Source: Podarcis cretensis (Eukaryota). From it: a stretch of DNA of 64,000 bases. The stretch spans positions 84,630,001 through 84,694,000 of the forward strand of contig OX638150.1 in NCBI GenBank assembly GCA_951804945.1. Direction: 5' to 3'. Position 1 is the first letter of the stretch. Each line of letters begins with the position of its first letter. The translations under genes were made by a program, and so were the position numbers. The notes below the pieces were generated by a model, which had not been told where the DNA came from, did not search any database, and was given only the letters and a program-made list of their open reading frames with translations. This document shows, piece by piece, positions 14,301-26,600 of the stretch.

Positions 14301-17300
14301 AATTTCTAATTGATTCGAAAGGCGCTGGTGGACAGGGCAAACTCGATGTGAACATCTTCAGCCCCAGCAAGCAAGCCGTGCCATGTCTTGTGGAGCCTGT
14401 AGTAGGCAAAGAGTGTAGCACTGCAAAGTATATCCCACGGGAGGAGGGCCTTTATCTAGTTGATGTCAATTATGATGGGAATCCAGTCCCAGGAAGCCCT
14501 TACGCTGTGGAAGCCACTCTGCCACCAGATCCTTCCAAGGTAAGCTGTTGCTAACCCTTGCTACATGGGTGGGTGAGATTTGGATGCTTCCATTGCTTGG
14601 CAAGTTGTGATGTATGTGCATTACACTGTTGAAAAGTGTGGCAAGTGTTATCTTTTAGCAGAAGCCCTTAGACGCAAATTTGGGGCATGGGCCCACAGAC
14701 ATAGATGTGCATTTGCTAACCTTACATGAGTTTGAATTCAAATTTCACAGAATCTTAAACTTATTAACCTCCCAAATTATTTAATTTGCACTCTCTCAGA
14801 TCACCCCAGAGCACTTCCTCTTCAGTTAATTTGACCCAGTTTCCTAGCAGATCCTCCTTCAAATCAAATTACAGTGGTGCCCCGCAAGACGAATGCCTCG
14901 CAAGACGAAAAACCCGCTAGACGAAAGGGTTTTCCGTTTTTCGAGGTGCTTCGCAAGACGAATTTCCCTATGGGCTTGCTTCGCAAGACGAAAACGTCTT
15001 GCGAGTCTTGCGATTTTATTCACTTTCCCCCCCTTTTTCTAAGCTGCTAATAGCCGCTTTGCCGCTAATAGCTGCTAATAGCGCTAATCCGCTAAGCCGC
15101 TAATAGGGTTGCTTCGCAAGACAAAAAAACTGCAAGACGAAGAGACTCGCGGAACGGATTCTTTTCGTCTTGCGGGGCACCACTGTACCCTTATGCTATC
15201 CCCATTCATTACCCCTTCAAATAGCCTATTGATATTTACCCCCACCATTCAATTTCCCTCAAATTCATTATGGACTCAGAACTGTTCCAGAAGAGGTACA
15301 GTAATAGCCATGGATCTTAATTGTTTTCTCTCTTGGCGTTCTCATATATTACAAATTGGTAAATTTGTTAGATTGTGCAGTGAGTTGATATAAGACATTA
15401 CAATTTACTCAGAATTATTTTGGATCATCTGTGATTACGCATTAATGTCTGGCATTTTGGTAACGATCTAAGCTTCTACGTTATTTTAATGCATGTTGAG
15501 CCTTGTAATTGCTGGCAGGATTAAAAGGCCTATTTCTTTCGTAGTTCCTGTTGAAGAAATGTTGGCAATTTCTGAAGAAGTTAATGATAAATCACATGGG
15601 ACCGTTTTAGCTCTTGTTTTCCTTTGTGCTGATTGGGTCAGCTCTCTTGCTTTCAAAACAGATTAGATTAATGAGAATCAAGTTGGCAGCAATATGCTAA
15701 TTAGGCCAACTGTTGTGCAATGTCGCTACATTTTCAAAATCGAAGAAAAAAATGTTGAGCTTGAAATCTTGCTGACTTGTGATAATGATAACTTGTGATA
15801 GTGATGATAACAGTGCCTTTGAACAATAGAAATACTGTTTGGTTCTTATACATCTATTTAGTGACTGCAGACCACTAACATAAGAGAACTCTAGAACTGG
15901 CTCCGATCCCTTTCTGGTTAAATACTTAATTCAGCACTTGTTCTTCCCAGGTGAGAGCCTATGGTCCAGGTCTTCAAGGAGGCCTTGTTGGAAAGCCTGC
16001 TGAATTCACAATAGACACCAAAGGAGCTGGAACTGGTGGTCTGGGGTTGACAGTCGAAGGCCCGTGCGAAGCCAAGATAGAATGTTCCGATAATGGGGAC
16101 GGCACTTGCTCAGTCTCCTACCTGCCTACGAAACCTGGCGAATACCTTGTGAACATCCTCTTTGAAGACGTCCATATTCCTGGCTCTCCTTTCAGAGCAG
16201 ACGTTGAAATGCCTTTTGACGCTTCTAAAGTAGTCGCCACAGGCCCTGGGCTTGAACATGGCAAAGTGGGGGAAGCAGGCTTGCTACATGTAGACTGCTC
16301 AGAAGCTGGGCCTGGGACTCTGGATATGGAAGCTGTGTCTGATTCTGGCTCCAAGGCAGATGTCGAGGTTCAGGATAACAAGGATGGAACCTACGCAGTT
16401 ACATACGTCCCACTTTCTGCCGGGATGTACACACTCAAGATGAAATACGGCGGAGAACCAGTGCCAAACTTCCCTGCACGGGTCAAAGTTGATCCGGCTG
16501 TGGACACAAGTCAAGTCAAAGTGTTTGGGCCAGGAATTGAAGGAAAAGGTATGCCTCCCTTAGTTTCTCTTTAGGTTTGTAGCACTTGTAGAATCTAGTT
16601 GGAAGGTACCCAAGAGTCATCTAGTCCAACCCCCTGCAGTGCAGGAATCTCAGCTAGAGCATCCATGACAGATGACCATCCAACCTCTGTTTAAAAACCT
16701 CCAAGGAAAGAGAGTCCACCACCTCTCATGGGAGACTATTCCACTGCCAAACAGCTCTTACTGTAAGAAAGTTTTTCTGAATGTTTAGTTGGAATCTCCT
16801 TTCTTGCAACTTGAAGCCATTGGTTTGAGTCCTACCCTCCAGAGCAGGAGAAAACAAGCATGTTCCCTCCTCCATGTGACAGCCCTTAAGATATTTGAAG
16901 ATGGCTATCATATCTCCTCTGTCTCCTCTTTTCCAGGCTAAACATAGCTCCTTTAAGCGCTCCTCATAAGTCTTAGTTTCCATACCCTTGATCATCTTGG
17001 TTGCCCTCCTCTGCACATGTTCCAGCTTGTCAACATCCTTCTTAAATTGTGGTGCCCAGAATTGCACACAAAATTCCAAGTGTGATCTGTCTAAGGCAGA
17101 CTAGAGTGGTACTACTTCCCTTGATCTGTATAAAAAAATTAAAAAATTGTCCAGTAGCACCTTCGAGACCAACAAAGTTTGTTCGTGGTATAAGGTTTTG
17201 TGTGCATGCACACACTATACAGTGGTACCTCGGGTTATAAACACGTCGGGTTACAGACTCTGCTAACCCGGAAGTAGTACCTCGGGTTAAGAACTTTGCC

Positions 17301-20300
17301 CCAGGATGAGAACAGAAACCGCATGCTGGCGGCACGGTGGCAGCAGGAGTCCACATTAGCTAAAGTGGTACCTCAGGTTAAGAACGGACCTCTGGAACGA
17401 ATTACGTTCATAACCAGAGGTACCACTGTACTTTTGTTGTCACTCGCATGACTCTTAACCTGCATATCCCAGTACATGCTTAGATGTGCCCCTGGCAGTT
17501 CACAGTGCTTTCCAGGAAAGCACCCTTCCCGCTACCAAATCACATGGCTCACTTCCTCATTTCTGTGGGTTGATAGTGACTCATGAGACTGTAGGAAAGC
17601 ACCTTGGCAAAATATGGCATAGGTGAGCAGGTTTGCGGGAAACTGCTTGGTTGGGATCATTCTTGCATGATACCATTTGGGTCTCTGGAGTACCATTGCT
17701 GTCTCAGAGCGGCTGAACCTATTTCCATGCAGAAGCATGGAATTCTTGCACATGGTTCTGCCCAAAACAAAGCTGTTTCCCAACTTTATTTCATAGATGT
17801 TTTCCGTGAAGCCACCACCGATTTCACCGTAGATGCTAGACCCTTGACCAAGACTGGCGGAGACCATATCAAAGCTCAGATTGCAAATCCCTCTGGAGCT
17901 TCCACAGACTGCCTCATCAAAGACAATGCCGATGGGACATATGCAGTAGAGTTCACACCCTATGAAAGAGGTAAAGTCTGCTAGTTGCTACTGACTTTGG
18001 GAGAATAAGGGAGGAAATAGATCGTACTAAGTGGCACCATTCTATTTTACCATACATCGAAGAGCAGGCTTGCTCCAGGACAAGGGTAGCCAACTTGATG
18101 GCCTCCAGATGCTGCTAGACTAAAACTCCCATCTTCCCTGACCATAGGCTGGCAGAGCCATAGCTAGGTGATCTTGTGCCCCTGGCAGAACCGCCCAGAT
18201 TGTGCCCCCTAGCCATGGACAAATAAGCTCTTCTTTCTGCCTCTCCTCCAACCCCCCACTTTCCACCCATTCAATTCACCATGAATTTGAAACCATTTAT
18301 TATGAGGCAGTAATCAATATTTATATTTATGGACATATTTCTTGCCAATTTTTCACTCACCCACCCAAATCGCCTGCGCCCCTGGTGGGGGCCCACCTCA
18401 CCAACCCCTAGCTATGGTCCTGCTGGCTGGTGCTCGTGGGAGTTGTAGTTGAACAATATGGGGAAGGCACTACATGTTCTAGAGCAGGCACCCCAAAACT
18501 CGGCCCTCCAGCTGTTTTGGGACTACAACTCCCATCATCCCTAGGTAGCACAACCAGTGGTCAGGGATGATGGGAGCTGTAGTCCCAAACATCTGGAGGG
18601 CCGAGTTTGGGGATGCCTGTTCTAGAGTAAGCTCTCTTGCATTCTGAAAATAGTTAATTCAAATAAGGTGGAGACTAATGGTCAGACACCTGTGATGTAA
18701 CTTTTGCAATGCTTCAGAGACTTCTCCAGTAAACGTTCATCTTCTCCTTGCAGGTCCTCACACTGTTGAAGTAACCTATGATGATGTTCCTGTACTAAAC
18801 AGCCCTTTCAGGGTTGATGTTACGGAAGGATGCCATCCTTCTCGGGTGGTGGCCCAAGGAGCTGGGCTACAAGAAGCCTTCACAAATAAACCAAACCCAT
18901 TCACTGTTGTCACTCGGTAAGTATGATGGACTGTATTCTGATACATTAATGTGGGCAGAGTAAGCTGTGTATTTGTAAAATAAAGTTAGAAGATCTGACT
19001 GTAGATGCATGATGCAGAATTGCAGGTGTCCTTGCCTCTCCTTCCAAAGTAGCTGATTGACAGGGACATGCCATGGGCTAGGTACAAATAGCAAGAAGCA
19101 ACTTAGAGATCTTGACGTTACCACAGGCTTAAACATTGTCATCTTCCTTACAAACCCGCCCACACACCTTCAACTCATTGCTTTGATTCTTGATGACTTT
19201 CCCCAGACTGTCTTTGTGTGATTCACACGCCTGCCAAGTAATGTCCTCACCAATGACTTCAGAATTCCCCAGGCTAAATTGGACTTTAAACTGAAGAAAC
19301 CATTAATCAATCAACATGTAGACCTACCTGCATTACAGGTTCTTATTCTTCTCAACTGTCTAGTAGGCTACTGTCATTCTGAGAGAATGCAGCAGAGAAC
19401 AATTAGTTGCAGTCATGCAAAGCAAAGTGGGATCTTGAGTTTAAAATGCTGTAATAGAAACATGTTAACTGTTTTTTCTCCTTAAATGCTTGCAGAGGGG
19501 CTGGAATTGGCGGCCTTGGAATAACTGTTGAAGGACCCTCAGAATCCAAAATAAGTTGTAAAGATAACAAGGATGGCAGCTGCAGTGCAGAATATATTCC
19601 TTACGTTCCAGGAGATTATGATGTCAACATAACTTATGGGGGCGAACACATCCCTGGTAAGACGGCTTGTATCCTGAGGTTGGATTCAAAGTAAAAGCCT
19701 GTGAACTGACTTTCATGTTGGAGAACACTTTCTTTTTTCTTTTTAAGGATTTTGTAATATATAATAAATAATGTGTGTTGCATTTGAAAAAGTCAACATA
19801 TCACGCTTTTGCAAGAAAATTCCCAGTGGGAATCAGGGTCTCATAGCAGAGCCTTTAGATTTTTGGGAATACAAAGCAAATAGCCTTATTGACCTATAAC
19901 ACAATAGTAGTATATTTTGCTGCTGCTGCTCTTTGACCACTACATAAGAATTTGTCTTACAGAGTCCACCTAGTTCAGTGTTGTTGACACTGGCAGCAGC
20001 TCCCCAGGTTTTGAGTTTGGGGGTATCTCCCAGCCCTACCTGGATTGTCTGGAGATTGAGAATCTGGGATTTCTTGCATGTGAAGCTGATGCTCAGCCAC
20101 TGAGCCACTGCTCTATCCCAAATGTATCTAAAGATTTTGTGGTGGGTGCTAGAACCAACTTTCAGTGCCCCAAAACATATTTTTCTCACCTCATTAGAGC
20201 ATCAAGTTCACATTGCATACAGTCCCATTTCAATTAAAATTTAATCCTTGTCCATCTCAATAGCCAGTATAAATCTGATTTAAGTTGCCCAATTTTATCA

Positions 20301-23300
20301 GGATAGTCATCAGTGGGGGACCAAGGGAGCAGTGTGAGAGGAGCTGGGCTCCTTAGGGATGGCTGTTGATGCACCTTTACACAAGTTGCTACATTCCCCT
20401 TTGTACTGAGCTAGCACTTTCTTCATTGGCAGGCAGTCCATTTAAGGTTCCTGTAAAAGATGTTGTTGACCCCTACAAGGTGAAAGTCTCTGGACCAGGC
20501 CTGGGAACAGCAGTCCGTGCCGGAATTCCCCAGTCGTTTACTGTAGATACCAGTAAAGCTGGGGTAGCACCACTTGAGGTTACAGTAACAGCGCCCAGAG
20601 GTAATGTGTTTCACTGCAATTGCTTGATATTTCTTTTAAATGAGTTGTATAATTAGCAGAAGTCATCACTTGGAAGCACCTGAGTGGTATCTGGTAAGAG
20701 TTGTTGAATTGGAGGTACTAAGAAAAAGTAGCGTCGTGTACAGTTCTGAAGTGCAAAGTTTTGGGTACTGCTGATATAGCTGTTACTCTGTAGTGCTTCA
20801 GAAAGTTGGGAGCTTCAGTAATCAAGGTGCTCCTTTATAACTCAGTTGGGAGTCTTCAAGGCAAGTCTAGTGTTTAAACAGACATGGGAGGACAGCAGTT
20901 TGAGTACATTTGTATCTTGGAAGCTGAATGGAATACATTCCGGAAGTCCGTTCGACTTCCAAAACGTTCGAAAACCAAATTGAAGCTTCCGATTGGCTGC
21001 AGGAAGCTCCTGCAGCCAATCAGAAACTGTGGAAGCCCCATCAGACGTTCGGGTTCCAAAAGAACGTTTGCAAACTGGAACTATCACTTCTGGGTTTGCG
21101 GTGTTCAGGAGCCAAACGTACGAGTTCCAGGGCATTCAACAACTAAGGTATGACTGTACATGAAACTTGGAGTGGAGCATATCTGGTCATTGAACGAACT
21201 TCTTGCACTAAGACAATATGGTGTTCAACCAACAATCCCGCTAACAAGTCATTGTAATCAAATCTTGCATAGAAAGCGGCAGACAGGAGTATTAATATTT
21301 GATTGTTTTCATGATGTATTGATTTGCATTTTTGTTCTGTTGTGAGACGCTATGAGAATATAAATTTAAATAATAAAAACAAATGGTACACACTGATCCA
21401 AATATATTAATGTTGGTTTTTTTTTTTAAAAAAAAGCAAGGTAGCTCAGGTAAAAATAGTACTGTATCTCGTAGGGTGGTGAGAAATGGCCTAGGATCAT
21501 CTGACAGCTGAATGGGGGGGGGGGGATCTACGTTTTGAAACACTTCTTGGCTACCTTGAAGGGCTGCTTACAACCTGTTAAAGATACAACCTGTTAAAGA
21601 TACAACCTGTTAAAGATACACCATGTTAAGGTGGTTATCTCTTTGGCAACGAGTTCATTGAGCTACCCTTGGTCCTATCCACTCCTGTGAGACGCAAGTG
21701 TCTGGCTGCCTTCTCTGTGAAGTGCCCTGATCCTTGATAAGAGCATGTAGAAAGATTGAGGGAGGAAAGGGGACAGAGGTGAAGGCCTGAGGAAAGCGCT
21801 GTGAGGGGGTGGCTAGGAAACAAGGGTTGGAAGAAGGAACAGCCTGGTGGGATGAAGGCTAGTGGAAGAAGCCCAAAGCAATTCTGATGTTACTAGATGC
21901 TAAGCACTCTTGCGTGTCAACTATATAACATTGCCAGATACAGAATGCGAATGCATTGAACCTCAGATGAATGAAACCCTCCCCCCCCCTCCACAAATTG
22001 TAGTTGGGTCCCCTCTCTTACCTCATTCTTCCAGTTACTGAAGACCTAACAGGCTTTTATTTAATGTGTTCTGAGTACTGCAGACTTATGCAAGAATACT
22101 TGAGTACGTAAAATACTTCTTGGAGCAAGTACGTTTCAACTGTTGGCAGATCTAATTCAGCTTCATCTTAAGAAGTCTTTCTTCACTGAAGTTGTGAAAG
22201 CAAGGGCCAGGGGAGGCAATGGCATTTGGAATTAAATTGCATGTACACTGCACACCGTGAACCTATGCTGAATGGGATGCACTTTGTCTAACGTAGCCGT
22301 TGCATGAATAAACCACCTTTTGTGTAATTGGTTTTAGGGCAAACATGTCTCAAGGGACAACTGACAGAGCTCTGATTTTGTATTACTAAGTTAATAGCTT
22401 TTTAATTCTAGCTGATGAGCCGGATACCCAGTCATGGCGCAGTCCGCTGAAAGCAATTTCAGAGTTCTTTAAAGGTGACCCACAGGGTGAATCTAATGAG
22501 ACAGGTTTGAACTTTTACTAACTAATTACCTGTGCCTCCAGCAAATCCTCTAAACTGTATAAAGTGCTGCTGTGAATGAGCCTAATTGAACTTCTGTGCT
22601 TAACTGCTGCTGTACTATTAATTCTCCACTGAGTTATCCTTTTTACTAAACAATTCCTTGTTTGATTTATATGCACACTTACTTTGGTCCTTGATCTAAA
22701 TTGTAACTGCAGGCAGTTCTAATCCTGTTTGCAACTAATCTTGTGAAATAGCTGCATGTGCAAATCCACATATCTTGATTTTCTGGGAATAGGTCCTTGG
22801 AGCTCTTCTTACCTTGAACTAGCCGATCATAACACTTGTTTGGCAGCACCAAATTTTGTTGACTGCGCTCAACTTCTCAATGTCATACTGAGGGGTAGAG
22901 CCTAAAGAAGGCAGGGTATTTTTTTCCATTCTGCACCAGTTTTCATATATTTATTCATATGTCAGTTTGATCCCATTTCTACATTAATCTGCATTTTTAA
23001 TATAAAAAAGCATGAGCATTTGTATTCAAATACATATTGTCATAATAAATACTTTAAAATGCATATTTTATCAGTTTCTCAACCTTTTAAATGCTAAAAT
23101 ATGCAGTTTAATTTTTTTTACACATTTTGCTGTTTTTGAGAAGTGTATTGCAAAATTTGGAGAGCTGTTCTGATCTTTGTATTAATCTGGGAGGTGCAAA
23201 TTGATTTGGTTTGCTCATCGATGCAGACCAAATAAATCTCTCCTCCATGCCTGGGTTATAACGAAAGTTACTAACTATTCCTGACTAACACGCAGTACTG

Positions 23301-23619
23301 AATTGGATGTTGAGCCTAATCAGTAGTAGTGTTCAAATAAAAAAAGTCTTCCTTTTTCTGGAAGCTTATATTTAAATGTGCCCGATAACTGACCTAACCA
23401 GCTGTATAATTTTGGAACAATAAATCACTCCAACCCCTATTTGATGGGGGTTTCTTAGCTTACAGCCATTGGAGTTGAGCCAGCCAAGGAACTGCTAGTG
23501 ATTTCACCTCTCTCTAATTGATGAGGTCACAGACTGGGAATGATAGGAATAAATTGGCTTATCTGAACAGACCACAAAGCAGATGTCTCTGCAGATTTCT
23601 TGCAAAGCTTTAAATCAGC

Positions 23620-23657
<38 letters not shown>

Positions 23658-26600
23658 GGTGCTCAAAGCGGCAAAAATTGCTCGTGTGTCATTGAGGCCT
23701 TTGATGAGAAGGTGGCCAAAGGAATTGAAATGTGGTCTTTTTACTACTTAGGTTTGGCAGAACCTGTAAATATAGTTGACAATGGCGATGGCACCCATAC
23801 AGTAGCCTACACACCTACGAAAGAAGGTCCCTACACAGTGGCAGTAAAATACGCAGATGAAGAGATTCCTCGCAGGTAAGAGTGGGGTGCAGGAAACAAA
23901 GCTTATTGTGCAAACTGCAGTGCTGTTGGTTGGCCTCCAAATTTGAGGTGGGTTGCATTGTTGTTCATGAGCTTAGTCTTTGCACTTAGTTTTGGTAAAG
24001 AGGTTTTAAAGAAATGCTTCTACAGCAAGGACTTGGTTCCTCCTGGTGGTTGTCAGAGAGGGAGAAGAGGCTACAAAGTGCTGTGCATTTCCTTGAACTG
24101 TAGAATCTAGCAAACATTCTGTAACTAGCCCAGTGTTTGCTTCTGCCAAGGACCAGCTTGTTTATTTATGTGCTGCTATTATTGCTTGAATGCCAAAATA
24201 GGCTTCCGAGAAGATTTACAAAGCACCAAAACGAGTTACACAAGCATTAAAATGCAAATGCCCGTCGCTGAAAGGCACAATGAAACAACACAGCAATTAA
24301 AAACAGGGGTCAAAAGATCTCTAGGGAATGCCTGTGTAAACAAGGGTGTCTGTCCCACTTTGTTCCCCAAATGTCTAGTAGCTTGTACATATAGTAATGA
24401 GTGGTTCCCTAACTCCTACATCAAAAAGGTTCAGTGACTAATCCAGTGTCTGGCCTTCAACAGTAATCTTGTACCTTTGTTTAACCTTCATGCCGGTGAG
24501 GCATCTACTTACATAAACATTCATGATCTTCAGTGCTGAAATAATGTCGCTCTGTTCTTTCAACAGCCCGTTCAAAGTTAAGGTGCTTCCAACATACGAT
24601 GCCAGTAAAGTGACGGCGAGTGGGCCAGGGCTAAGCTCCCATGGGGTTCCTGCCAGCATGCCCACTGAGTTTGCTGTTGATGCTAGAGATGCAGGCCAAG
24701 GACTTCTCTCAGTGCATGTGACCGTAAGATACAATTTCTTCCTACTGTTGACCGTTTAACACGGGAGCTGAATCTTCACACGCTGAACTCAAAGACCTCT
24801 GGTATTTTGAGTAGGAGAACTAGAATGTTTCCTTCTGGTGCACTGCTGAGCATCACGGGGGGTTCAACAGGGCAGACCTCCATTCAGCAGTGCCCTTAAA
24901 GCTTACCTTTAAAAGTATCAGTTGGCAAACTTCGCTCGCTTTATATATCACCCAAATTTAGCAAGGCTACTGTGTGCCGACTATTTCTAGGCAAAGCTTG
25001 TGGCTCCTAATAGATAGAGGGTGCCCTGGACATAGTACAGTGCTTTTTGATGTGAACTATTCCTAGCCTTTTCAGATCCCCAAAAACTAGGCCAGTCTGC
25101 AGTTTTCACCATGAATGAACATAGACAAGGTTTTGTGGAAGAGCCAGTACATACTTCAGAGGTAATCATAGCTGTTCTGGGCTCTGTTTCAAGGCAGCTT
25201 TGTCATGAGCATTTGCAAAGACAGACCTTGGTTTCGAGGGATACTAGTTAACCCCCACAGCGCATTAAAGCTGTTAAAGCAAACAATTATGTATTAGCCA
25301 GAATAATGCATGGTGCCCCATTCCCCTGTCTAATAAGCAGTGCTATGAAAACTTTTTATAAAAAAATAATGGAAGAGTAGAGCTTGCATTTTACCCAGAG
25401 GACCTTTGACTTGCAGCTATTAGTCAAAAACTGCACAGATACAACACCTAAAAGCTGTCTGGTGGCATTATGATATGCAATAGTCTTGCATTAGACTCCT
25501 GTTTCAGTATAAACCTAAGGTAAAGGTAAAGGTACCCCTGCCTGTACGGGCCAGTCGTGTCCGACTCTAGGGATGTGCGCCCATCTCACTTAAGAGGCCG
25601 GGGGCCAGCGCTGTCCGAAGACACTTCCGGGTCACATGGCCAGCGTGACGAAGCTGCATCTGGCGAGCCAGTGCAGCATACGGAAACGCTGTTTACCTTT
25701 CCGCTAGTAAGCAGTCCCTATTTATCTACTTGCACCCGGGGGTGCTTTCGAACTGCTAGGTTGGCAGGCGCTGGGACCGAGCGCACCCCGCCGCGGGGAT
25801 TCGAACCGCAGACCTGACGATCGGCAAGTCCTTGGCGCTGAGGTTTTACCCACAGCGCCACCCGCGTCCCTGATAGTATAAACCTAGACCATTCTTAATC
25901 AAGAAGAAACAGGTTAACAAAAATGACTGCTTCCAGTGTAACATGGAAAGTGTTTGCATTACCCACAGAAGCAAGCCAATTGCACATTGCTCATCCAAAG
26001 CCTGTGATATTTCTTGCAGAATCTAGGCAATGTGGATATTTACTGCCAAGTCGTGTCCTAAGGATTTTTTCTTGTCACACGATTGGCTTTTACAGGCAGC
26101 AACAAATCACATTTGTTTGAACTTCCATGTCACCCTCAAACTGCCCTTTGATTGCTTAAATACCAGGTCCCCTTGAAAATAAAAAACAGCATGTTATAGA
26201 AACTGTCAGGTTCAGGGTAGATGTAAACCTGAACATCTTTGTGATTGAGGTTTTCTTGCTGATTGTGGCTTCGCTTCTGGCATTTAGGACCAAGAAGGCA
26301 AACCAAAGAGGGTTGACGTCCAAGACAACCAAGATGGCACTTATGCAGTGACTTACCTCCCTGACAAGACTGGTCGCTACTCAGTTGGCATTAAATACGG
26401 TGGGGATGATATCCCCCTTTCTCCATACCGAATTCGTGTGTCACCAGCAGGAGATGCTAGCAAGTGTCAGGCAACAGGTAAATTCGTTCTGTTTTCTCAC
26501 TGTAAGCAAGTGTTTTATAAGAGTACCGGAGCCAGGCAAGCTATGCAAACTGCTCTCCTAAAAGCCTTTGTACAGATATATTGACGTGAAATGGGCTACC

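Noticed and set aside
16726-17079. 117-aa minus-strand ORF
   Set aside because: CR1 reverse-transcriptase remnant, not a host gene.
21568-21620. Short direct repeats as a CRISPR-like array
   Set aside because: No spacers; simple tandem duplication in vertebrate intron DNA.
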